A stretch of DNA of 64,000 bases, taken from positions 256,001 through 320,000 of the forward strand of contig CAWDYW010000001.1 in the NCBI GenBank assembly GCA_963806855.1, in the 5' to 3' direction. Position numbers and translations under genes: made by a program. The first letter of the stretch is position 1; the number at the start of each line of letters is the position of its first letter. Shown here one piece after another: positions 42,025-50,789 of the stretch. The notes beneath the pieces were generated by a model. The model searched no databases, was not told the origin of the DNA, and worked only from the letters and a program-made list of their open reading frames with translations. This DNA comes from an uncultured Verrucomicrobiae bacterium (GTDB taxonomy: Bacteria; Chlamydiota; Chlamydiia; Chlamydiales; Rhabdochlamydiaceae).

Positions 42025-42167
42025 AGATTTTATACAAAGCTCTGCAGCGATCTAGAATATGAAGGGATGGTTATCGATATTTGTTATGATGACGTAAGAG
42101 TGGCCATGGTTAACTATGGCGAAGGGATGATAATCTCGAGATAGAAATCATTAAGAGAGAGGAAGAT
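42025..42167 (+). pseudogene. Orphan fragment of the immunity gene (diverged copy of ~43855-43997)
   Basis: Translates RFYTKLCSDLEYEGMVIDICYDDVRVAMVNYGEGM/(frameshift)/DNLEIEIIKREED versus GFCTKLCSDLDFEGMVIDICYDEERVAMVNYDKGMDNLEIELIKREED. Confidence 0.85.
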
Positions 42168-42222
42168 AGTCCGGTCAAAATGGGAGTACTCCATTGGAGT
42201 ACTCCCAATTTGAACCGAACCA
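42168..42222. mobile_element. Abutted IS terminal repeats (IRR-1bp-IRL junction), IS3 family/IS2-like
   Basis: gtccggtcaaaatgggagtactcCA-t-TGgagtactcccaatttgaaccgaacca. The right half matches the IS end at 46036 at 26 of 28 positions. Confidence 0.75.
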
Positions 42223-42373
42223 TGACCGATTTATAAAAAGTTCGGCTTTCAATAGGCCAGCATCATCTTATTAGGATTCCAAAAACGTTGTTTTTCTAAA
42301 AACACGATTGACTGGAATTCCTATCCATGTTTGAATCACGCATTTTACCAACGACTACTGTGGAGAAAATGCC

Positions 42374-43852
42374 ATGTTCACTTTGAAAACTGTATTAAAT
42401 GTCATTCTTTTGATTACAACCCCAACATTTTTCCTTTATCCCCAAGAGCATTCTTCTCGTCAGGATTTTCAAATTTTTCAGGCCAAACACGCGAAAAAAA
42501 ATCATCAGAAAAGTCCAGCAAATCATCAAGTCGTTACTTATGATGAAATAATGCATCTACTAGATGAGCTCGAAACTGGAAGGTTGGAAAAGCGAGCTAG
42601 TATAGATGATCTGGAAAGAATCAACCAATTTCTCATTTTATTAGCTAGGCAGGGGGTTGTTTCTTATAATGCAGATTATCTTGCTTTAGAAGAGGATGTT
42701 GACGATCTCCTCTATGGTGAAGATGACTATTATGAATTTGCAATTTCGCAGAGTGATGAAGACTACGTCATCATGCCAGCTATTTTAAACAACCAGCATG
42801 AAATAATTCTGTGTAAGAGCTGGATAAAAAAACAATGGAAAAAGACCAAAAAGTTTGTCAAAAAGCATAAAAAAGAGATCATTATTGGGGCTGCTGTAGT
42901 AGTGGCCGCTGTTGTTATTGTAGCAGTTGTAGCTGCTTCGACAGCAGGAGCTGCGGCGGTGGCGGCTGTTGGTGCTGCTGGAGCATCTGCAGCAGGTGCT
43001 AACAACAATAAAGAGAAGGATTCTTCGGGCAATGAGCCTCCATTAGGTATTCCTTCCGATCCCATCGATATTGCATCCCCATTGGAAACTACTCTGGAAA
43101 CTCCTGTATTAAAGACTGCGATAGATGAACATATTTCTAACTTCAAACAGTTTATGGGTGAAAGTGGAGATATGCAGCAATTATCCTCTGCCCGAGGATG
43201 GGATGACTTATCCTTTGGAGAGAAGGCAAGAGAATGTGGAGCATTTTTAGCCCATCAAGCATTTGAAGGAATATCCGAGCTGGCAAGAGTAGTGCCGGAT
43301 CTCTGCGAAGAAATAAAGGAGCTAGGCATACAAATTTTACCTGACACCATCTCCAATATGGACTATAATTTGAACACAGTTCCTTCAGAAAATTATGACA
43401 AAGTTATTTCTGCAGGTCATAAAGCTATTGACGCAGTTTTTTCTTCGGACCAAGCTGATTGTTTTTCTGCCGAAGGCTCTACAAATGGGGGAAAGAATGA
43501 TTTTATTCTTGGGATGATTCCGCTCCCCTCAGGAGTTGCGGCAATTTTTTCTGATACAAATAAATTAATCACAGCTGGAAATGTTTTCGATAGAGCAGGG
43601 TTTACTAGGGCCGGACGAGCATTAATGAAACATGGTTATAGGGAAGGGAGCTTTTTCCCTAAACCATTGGGTAATCCAATGCAAATCAATAAACAGGGTG
43701 AATCTATTTTGACAGAGATTTTAAATGATCCAAGCAGAATCATTATAAAAAACACTTCTGGTGGCATAGAAATCTATGCGCCTAATGGGAGAGGCGCATA
43801 TTTTAGGGAAGATGGAACTTTTAGAGGATTTATAGAGTATGGCCATAAATAA
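42374..43852 (+). CDS. Putative polymorphic toxin: signal-like N-terminus, Lys-rich/hydrophobic middle, C-terminal nuclease-like toxin tip
   Basis: C-terminus AGRALMKHG.REGS.FP...GNP..IN.QG..IL.EILNDP...G.GA.F..DGTF.GFIE resembles toxin tips recalled from CdiA/Rhs proteins. A small acidic gene overlaps its stop. Confidence 0.7.
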   Translation: MFTLKTVLNVILLITTPTFFLYPQEHSSRQDFQIFQAKHAKKNHQKSPANHQVVTYDEIMHLLDELETGRLEKRASIDDLERINQFLILLARQGVVSYNADYLALEEDVDDLLYGEDDYYEFAISQSDEDYVIMPAILNNQHEIILCKSWIKKQWKKTKKFVKKHKKEIIIGAAVVVAAVVIVAVVAASTAGAAAVAAVGAAGASAAGANNNKEKDSSGNEPPLGIPSDPIDIASPLETTLETPVLKTAIDEHISNFKQFMGESGDMQQLSSARGWDDLSFGEKARECGAFLAHQAFEGISELARVVPDLCEEIKELGIQILPDTISNMDYNLNTVPSENYDKVISAGHKAIDAVFSSDQADCFSAEGSTNGGKNDFILGMIPLPSGVAAIFSDTNKLITAGNVFDRAGFTRAGRALMKHGYREGSFFPKPLGNPMQINKQGESILTEILNDPSRIIIKNTSGGIEIYAPNGRGAYFREDGTFRGFIEYGHK

Positions 43853-44102
43853 GGGGTTTTGTACGAAGCTTTGCAGTGATTTAGATTTTGAAGGAATGGT
43901 TATCGATATTTGTTACGATGAAGAAAGAGTTGCAATGGTTAACTATGACAAAGGAATGGACAATCTGGAGATAGAGCTTATTAAGAGAGAGGAAGATGCG
44001 CCAAGGCTTATTTTCCCTTTGGAAGATTTTTTTAATATTCTCGAAGAAGCAAAAATTTTGGCAATACGTTGTGCTAAAGAAGATGAACATAGAAATCAGT
44101 GA
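43839..44102 (+). CDS. Putative immunity protein
   Basis: 87 aa, acidic, overlaps the toxin stop by 14 bp, and has an orphan paralog fragment upstream. Confidence 0.7.
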   Translation: MAINKGFCTKLCSDLDFEGMVIDICYDEERVAMVNYDKGMDNLEIELIKREEDAPRLIFPLEDFFNILEEAKILAIRCAKEDEHRNQ

Positions 44103-44196
44103 TAATAAACATTCGGGTTTTGTAAATCTTTATTCAGACCTCGAATTGTATAAAACGATCTGCTTGCAGTAATTGAGATATCAGTATATGTAGGAG

Positions 44197-44234
44197 AATG
44201 ACAGATAGATAATGCCTTCTTTCTCTCCTATTCA
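44197..44234 (+). repeat. 38-bp exact direct repeat, copy 1 (copy 2 at 47495-47532, inside the CPBP gene)
   Basis: aatgacagatagataatgccttctttctctcctattca occurs identically at both sites. Confidence 0.9.
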
Positions 44235-44482
44235 GTTTGCAATATCGCTTGAAACGCTAAACGACATTGTTACACTCTCAAGTATAAAAATAGATTAGTA
44301 GCAGGCGTTATAGCATAACCATTTTATATAAGTCACCCCTCGCGGGATAACAAGTGCGCTGCGTCACTAACGGTCATAGAAAATGCGTGAGAACCAAAAG
44401 ACCTCCTAACACCTCTAATTAGTCTCTTATTTGACTTAAATAAACTCCAAATCTAGAATGCTAATGAAAATTTTACAACCGA

Positions 44483-45684
44483 GTGAATATGGAATCTACT
44501 GGTCAATTAGTGCGCCGTCAATCGGATGACTTTAGTAGGGCCTCAACTTCTCCACCGCATGATCAATTTCTGTCAGAATCTCAAATAGGGCGAGAGACTT
44601 ATCGAACAGACTCGAGCGCACAAAGTGACTTGTTAGAGCGATCTAATCAGCGTACATTGGAATTTGTCACACGAGGACTCAAGTTTATCAAGCAGATATG
44701 AATGCGCACAGCGACCGGTTAGAACGGGTTACTCATGGGGCTACGGAACTCGCCTCACGAGAACTCCAGGCTTCTCGAGCAGAAATGAACGCACACAGTG
44801 ACCGGTTAGAACGAGCTAATCAGGCCGCTGCGGAACTCGCCTCACGAGAACTCCAGGCTTCTCGAACGGAGATGAATGCCCAAAGTAACCGGATGGAACG
44901 AGTTACTCATGGGGCTTTTGAAGTAATCTCAAAATCAACACAGAAAGCCTATGAGCTGGTTAAAAAATCTGAACAGACTTCTCTAGCCGCCGTATCTTCT
45001 AGCCAGCAAGTTTCATTGGCTGCTATCCAGACTACTCGTCAAGGCGCTGAAAGCATGGAGAGAATTGCTTTAGATGCTCAAGGTATGGTCAGACAAGTTT
45101 TACAGAGCACTTCCGACGATGTTAAACTTCGATCCGAGGAGGACCGAAAAGCAAGACGAGATGTAAAACTTGAAGAATTGCTTAGAGAACGCGCCGATTG
45201 GGAGATGATACTAAATCCTGGTACACCACATGCTGCCATAGTCGAACTCGCTCGAACAAGAATTGATCTCCTCACAAAGTTGGAACAAAATTTAGTGAGT
45301 CAAAAGCAAAGAGAAATAGAGCAGGAAGATCAATTCTCTAGAGAACGTATGGAGGCAGCTCATCAGAGGCTAGCAGCGGACACGCTTCGTTCTCGAACTG
45401 AAAAAATAAACCTTGCAAAGACAGCTATCGAACAATCCCTTTCATCCTTTGATAATAAGAGACTCTATCTACCATTGCTCTTGAGCTGTGCACTGGTTGT
45501 CTGTTTTGCTTCATATTACTTTGGCAGCCGAAGGACAGCGGCTATTGGGATAGCATTGGGGTGTGCTATTTTTACAGAGGAGGTCTATAGAACTTCCCCT
45601 TATTATTCCAATCTTTCCAACAGAAAGAAATGGTTAGGCATCTACATAAGAGCTTTGGACAGACTAACAACCGAACCAAATTAA
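44483..45684 (+). CDS. Coiled-coil protein with 29-aa tandem repeats and C-terminal bilobed hydrophobic segment (Inc/effector-like), frameshift near 44690
   Basis: ORF 44483-44701 ends in a diverged repeat unit (SSAQSDLLERSNQRTLEFVTRGL) that continues in ORF 44698-45684. Hydrophobic hairpin LYLPLLLSCALVVCFASYYFGSRRTAAIGIALGCAIF. Confidence 0.65.
44698..44920 (+). repeat. 87-bp tandem coding repeats (about 2.5 units plus one diverged upstream unit)
   Basis: Units start at 44698, 44785 and 44872: MNAHSDRLERVTHGATELASRELQASRAE / MNAHSDRLERANQAAAELASRELQASRTE / MNAQSNRMERVTHGA. Confidence 0.9.
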
Positions 45685-46035
45685 CAGTTCGTTCAGCAGT
45701 GAAAGAGATATTGGACGGCGATCTTTCCATTAGTGACGCACAAAAAAATTCCCCAGGCACACAACGAATCTTGAGCCAAATTAAAAATGATTCAGTTACA
45801 GGCGACCCTGCCGAAAGAACTACTACACTTCCCAGCGCGCTGGCGTTTATTGTAGATCATGCGACACGTCAATCACCCAAGAGCTTCACTGAGTTGTGAC
45901 GCTTCTGCTGGGCGCTTAGCCACAATATGTGCGTTTTTTTCGGCCACCAATCGAACTTTTAAGGAAAATCCTAATAAATGCAGAAAGGCCATTCTTTTAG
46001 CCTAGAATTGAACCTAGAGACAAATAATACGGAGC

Positions 46036-46213
46036 TGGAGTGCTCCCAATTTGAACCGGACCATCTAGTTTGCTCTTAAGATATAGGAGTAAGACTAGTC
46101 GTATGACTGAATGTAAGCTGATTGCTGCAGTAGAAAGAAGAAGGAGATGGTCTTTGGATGAAAAGCGCCAGATCATAGAAGAAACCTATATGCAGGGCTA
46201 TTCTGTTTCCTAA
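46036..46213 (+). mobile_element. IS remnant (IS3 family, IS2-like): left IR plus truncated OrfA
   Basis: 5'-TG terminal repeat tggagtgctcccaatttgaaccggac. ORF 46103-46213 MTECKLIAAVERRRRWSLDEKRQIIEETYMQGYSVS* is the start of an HTH_Tnp_1-type domain. Confidence 0.8.
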
Positions 46214-46243
46214 GTAAACTGAAAATATGGTATAACTCCAAAG

Positions 46244-47209
46244 GTGTATTTTATGTTAGCTCTTGCATTCCAGTTTTATTGTATCGCTCTGTTCGGACTG
46301 ATTTCTCATACTGATCAGGGCGCTGAATATGGTGAATACGCAGTTGCCGCCTATACACAATCCAATCATGGAGTGGATGGCAGTCTTTTTTTGGATCCTT
46401 ATTTTAAACAAGATATAGAAAACCTTAACGATAAAAAAGTTCTTGATGCAGGGTGTGGTGCTGCACCATGGTCAATATATGCGGCCCAACAAGGAGGGGA
46501 GGTTTATGCTATTGATATTCAAGAGAGCATGATCCAAGCCGCAAAAAATGCAGTTGAAGTTGCAAAGCTAGCCGGTAGAATTTTTATAACAAAGGGCGAT
46601 GTTGCCAAGCTGCCCTATAAAGACAATTTCTTCGATAAGGCAATCAGTATATGTGTTGGGTGCAATTTACCTCCAAGCTCATTTGAAAGGCATTTTATAG
46701 AACTTAAACGAACTTTAAAACAGGGTGGCATTGCAGTCGTAGGCGCTCCGACATCACTAGAAGTTGTATTTTCAAATGGATCGAAGGCTCAAGAAGAGAT
46801 TTATTCTGAGATTCAATCAGTTTTATTTAATCTGCCAAATAATCCTTCGACTGAAATTATTTGTCAAAAACTAAATAGTCTAGGTTCAGTATTAGGCGCT
46901 ACATTTTTTATAAAAAATGATAGGCTTGCATTAGTTTCAACTCAAGATGAATTACCGGAAGGTGAAAAAATCTGGCGAAAACTTCCTAAGCTTGTTGTGC
47001 CAAATCGGTATTACTCACAAGAGCATTATATCAATATTTTTAAAAAATACGGCTTTGAAATTCAAAAAATAGATCTGCCGTATTTTAAAAGTGATCATGA
47101 AAGAGTAGCGTATAACTCAAATGCCGATGCTTCCACAAGGCTAGGACAAGAGTATGTAATGCATGCGCCATTTGTTATTTTTCACATCAAAAAAGCTGAT
47201 GAAAAATGA
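46244..47209 (+). CDS. Class I SAM-dependent methyltransferase
   Basis: VLDAGCGA, AIDIQ, GDVAKLPY..NFFD, RTLKQGG. Confidence 0.88.
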   Translation: MYFMLALAFQFYCIALFGLISHTDQGAEYGEYAVAAYTQSNHGVDGSLFLDPYFKQDIENLNDKKVLDAGCGAAPWSIYAAQQGGEVYAIDIQESMIQAAKNAVEVAKLAGRIFITKGDVAKLPYKDNFFDKAISICVGCNLPPSSFERHFIELKRTLKQGGIAVVGAPTSLEVVFSNGSKAQEEIYSEIQSVLFNLPNNPSTEIICQKLNSLGSVLGATFFIKNDRLALVSTQDELPEGEKIWRKLPKLVVPNRYYSQEHYINIFKKYGFEIQKIDLPYFKSDHERVAYNSNADASTRLGQEYVMHAPFVIFHIKKADEK

Positions 47210-47314
47210 TAAATCAAAGGAGTCTAATGACGAAAACCCTATGCTCCAAGCGAATATCTCACTTGATCTCGCTACGAATAACATCCACCCTCAATAGCAT
47301 TAAAGGTTGTCAAG

Positions 47315-48273
47315 CTAAAACGGTATTGAAAACGCGAAGCTTCCCTCATCAACCCCCGTCGATTTCGCCAAGCTATAACTAGCTAAGAAGATAGCAAAAT
47401 CGTACCAAGAGTGAAGTGCCACGCTCTCCTTCAGAGAACAGTTTTTATGTGTGACCCAGCCATAATAGGCCCCCGTAAGAGTTATATATGGGACAATGAC
47501 AGATAGATAATGCCTTCTTTCTCTCCTATTCATCCTTGTGCGTTGGGGATATGAGCAGCGCCGAAGGCCAAAGATGAAACCGCGATTCCTCCCCAAGGGG
47601 TTATGCTTTCAGATAAATAGGACTGCAAAAATCCCCTGAAGAATGATTCCTCTCCGATACCCACAGGGAAAGCGACAAGAGGAAAAGCAGTTCCAGCATG
47701 CGAACGACCAATATGGAGTTCTGAACTCCTTGGTGCTGTGAAATATTGTATCCCAATCACCAGTGAAAGATCGACCAGTAGTGCAACCCATACCTCTTTC
47801 TTTTTCATCACACTCCACTGGAATGGAGCAAAGGCCAGCTCACTCAAAGACTCGCTAGGCATTTTGTAAGAGTAAATATCGGACACATTATAAGCCCGTA
47901 CGTCTCGATATGCTGCATAGATCCCATAAAACCACGTGTTGCTAATCAAATTCAGGTTCGTCAAAACCAATGTTTCGCTATGAGGCTTTAACCAACAGAG
48001 CCCCGCATACAAGCTCGTGCTCCCCATCAGACCGCCCGCAGTTTTATAATCCCCCAAATAGACATGACCAAGTCCAGGCATCAGAGAGGATAACCCAACC
48101 GCAATCGCTGCATTCTTCCTCGGAGTGAATGTAACCGGCGGTAGATTCAGATCGATCTCCATTTGATCAATACGCGACTTAGGAAAAGCTTCTGGCGCTA
48201 AGAGAAGTTCATTTTCAGCATAAGACACCGTAGATAGAAGGGATAAGCAAAGAGTTGGCAATAATTTTTTCAT
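47315..48273 (-). CDS. CPBP family intramembrane metalloprotease with N-terminal signal, frameshift near 47532
   Basis: GIGEESFFRG and AFGAAH, then SVALHSWYD in the next frame. Also LMPGLGHVYLG. Confidence 0.8.
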
Positions 48274-48490
48274 AGTTAATGTCGTTGGTTTGATTGTTTT
48301 CAGAACAAAGTTAAATCCAAGTCGAGTTTAATACAACTTTTTAAAAAATTATAATGCAGCTATTCAATGGCTTCTATCTTGTGATAAAAATGATGTCGAA
48401 AGAATAAAGTCGCTAGGTTAAAATGGCTTTAATTCAAAATATAGTCGCTGCTGGATATTTGTCAGATTAAATTAACTTCATTGCATTTTA

Positions 48491-49411
48491 TTACTTCTCA
48501 GCGATCACAGCTGGGAAAATGCAATAGCGATCAGAGAATACTGAAATATTGGAGAAACCAGCACTACGAAAATCGTGTTCTATTTCATTTAGACTTCTGT
48601 AATTCTGATACTTCAAATCTAGAATATCTCGAGTTAATATTAGGTCCATCTCTACATGATATTTTGGGATAGCTTTAATATTCCAATCTGAATGGCTTCC
48701 ATGGCCAGGAGGATACGTCAATACCCCTGTGAAGAATGCTCCGCCGGGTTTTAATGCTTGATATATCTGTCGATAGAGTTCGATAACCCGTTCTCGATTA
48801 GGCTCATAACAATTCAATCCAATGCTTGTTACAAAGTCAAATTCTGAGTGAATTTCTAAATTCCAGGCATCTCTTTGTTCAAATCTCACATTGTTAATGC
48901 CCTTTTCCCTTGCCAGCTTTTTCGCGGCTTCTAGGGACTCAGTATCAATATCTATTCCCACAAAAAAGACATTATCTTTTGGACTTACTTCGAGTTCAAG
49001 TAAGTCTCTCATAACCCCACATGGAATGGATGCTAACGTGCTATTAGACCTTACATATTTCTGAGCAATTTTTTGTGAATGGAGAAAGAGTTCTCTCTGA
49101 GCGAGCACACTTGGCATTTCAAAGATAATAAAATATTCAAGTCGATTCATCGAGAGCATTCTTCCAGCCAGATTCTTTTCGAGCCAAGGAAAAGAGACCA
49201 TATAATCAGTCCAGATCCCATTTGCACCACTGGTATAGAGAATATGCCTGCCAAGAGGGAAGCTAGCTAGACTATCCAGTATCTGGCATGCCTGCTCATA
49301 TGAAAGATTTGGCAGATAACCTTTCGCTTTAATCCTAGCCTTAATGGCTTCAATTGCAACTGAATGATCATGAAATCTTACAGAATGAGATTTGTTTACG
49401 CCTTCCTTCAC
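48491..49411 (-). CDS. Class I SAM-dependent methyltransferase
   Basis: ASIPCGVMRDLL, GIDID, RDAW.L, ALKPGG, AGF. Confidence 0.85.
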   Translation of the reverse strand: MKEGVNKSHSVRFHDHSVAIEAIKARIKAKGYLPNLSYEQACQILDSLASFPLGRHILYTSGANGIWTDYMVSFPWLEKNLAGRMLSMNRLEYFIIFEMPSVLAQRELFLHSQKIAQKYVRSNSTLASIPCGVMRDLLELEVSPKDNVFFVGIDIDTESLEAAKKLAREKGINNVRFEQRDAWNLEIHSEFDFVTSIGLNCYEPNRERVIELYRQIYQALKPGGAFFTGVLTYPPGHGSHSDWNIKAIPKYHVEMDLILTRDILDLKYQNYRSLNEIEHDFRSAGFSNISVFSDRYCIFPAVIAEK

Positions 49412-49562
49412 TTTGTTCCCCTAGAAGTTATGTAGCACTATGTAAGTGCTTATATCTTCTCAGAAATTTGAGAAAAAAGACACAACTCAGTGAGATAAAA
49501 ATGTGTTAGTACGCCCAGTATTGGACCTCTTTTGATGTCATATCCTCAGAATTGGCGAGATG

Positions 49563-50555
49563 CTAATTTTTCTGAGGTTTCAACATCCACAAATACGTAT
49601 TTGGCAAAATAGGCATTTTGAATTCCATTTCAATCTCATATCCAGCTTTTAAGTAAACATCAATAACTTTTCTGTAGTTATAGGTTTCTATCCCTTGCAA
49701 ACCATGCACATAATCATAACCGGGAGCATAACCCCTTGAAGAATAATCACTCGATACAATATCTAGTATTGCCAAATACTTCATATTTGGAAAATTGAGC
49801 TGATAAGACTTTAAAATGGGTGCGCACTTACTGGTAGGGAAAAGATCGTGCGTCATAAATGATTGCATTACTATCTGAACATCTTCCCAAACATTTCTCA
49901 ATTTACTAACATCACCCACCTCAAATTGGATCGGTAAGTCACCATATCGTTCTTGAGCAAGTTTTATGGATTCATCACAATACTCTATACCAAGCCCCGG
50001 GACGTTTAGTTGCTTGCAAAGATTGCCTAGTCTTTCCCCACTGCCACAACCTAAATCACATATAGTTCCAGAAACTTCGATTTTATTGAATAGGTTAATT
50101 AGGATGGGATCGACAACATCAGAGGCAATCTGGTCTGAGGCTAAAGCCATTGATTTGAAATCAATAGCCCCATGAAAAGGGATTGACTTATCATAAGCAA
50201 GCTTGGTCTGCATAGCAAGTAACCCGGAATAACTATTGTATAGTAAATTGATCAGCCCGATATGTTTAACAAGCTTTTTACCGAAAGTTGTAAGCGTAAA
50301 AAAAGAGCCGGTTTTTTTAAGAATCTTGGAAGCGCAAAGTGACTTTATTGCTGATTTTATCAAAATGGGATTTGCATACAATTCATTCCCACTAAACTCC
50401 TCTTCCTCAACAATCCCTCTGTTAACCAAGTCTTGTAATAATCCAACTTTATCCAAAACAGTCAATGCATTGCAAGAAATCCCAGCAGCGACAAATTCCA
50501 TTATTTGATTATCAATTTCCTTCTTGGCTTTTTTAAGCTGATGACTAGTGTTCAT
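49563..50555 (-). CDS. SAM-dependent methyltransferase resembling MppJ/MarI arylpyruvate C3-methyltransferases
   Basis: N-terminal helical/wHTH region. DLGCGSGERL, SFMTHDLFP...C...L......FPN......D and GYDYVHGLQG parallel recalled MppJ segments (DLGSGSGERL, FMMGHDFWP, GFEFGHDMMG). Confidence 0.7.
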   Translation of the reverse strand: MNTSHQLKKAKKEIDNQIMEFVAAGISCNALTVLDKVGLLQDLVNRGIVEEEEFSGNELYANPILIKSAIKSLCASKILKKTGSFFTLTTFGKKLVKHIGLINLLYNSYSGLLAMQTKLAYDKSIPFHGAIDFKSMALASDQIASDVVDPILINLFNKIEVSGTICDLGCGSGERLGNLCKQLNVPGLGIEYCDESIKLAQERYGDLPIQFEVGDVSKLRNVWEDVQIVMQSFMTHDLFPTSKCAPILKSYQLNFPNMKYLAILDIVSSDYSSRGYAPGYDYVHGLQGIETYNYRKVIDVYLKAGYEIEMEFKMPILPNTYLWMLKPQKN

Positions 50556-50717
50556 AGGCCTACCAATATTGAGCGGTGTGTTTTAAATAGAGTATGTCTA
50601 ATAATGAAATATTAATCTACATGTTTGCTTCCGCCTTGCAATTTAGTGCGATTAAATCTTAATTTCCTTATAAAATTCAACTAAGCAGGTATATTGAATT
50701 TAATAAATCGAAAAACC

Positions 50718-50746
50718 TTGCAAAATTTAGCCGCTTTCTATAAAAT
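50718..50746 (+). promoter_or_regulatory. Sigma70/sigma66-type promoter of the ammonia-lyase gene
   Basis: TTGCAA, 17 bp spacer, TAAAAT, 44 bp upstream of the start. Confidence 0.5.
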
Positions 50747-50789
50747 GTTATAAAGTTTTAAAAAAACGCTTGTCTTCCAACAAAAAGAG

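Noticed and set aside
44306..44335. dif/Xer-like site (gcataa-ccatt-ttatataagt)
   Set aside because: Only 5 bp between the TAA and TTA arms instead of 6, and a poor XerD arm match.
44698..44920. Tandem repeats as a possible CRISPR array
   Set aside because: Units are 87 bp, contiguous, in frame and lack unique spacers. No cas genes in the window.
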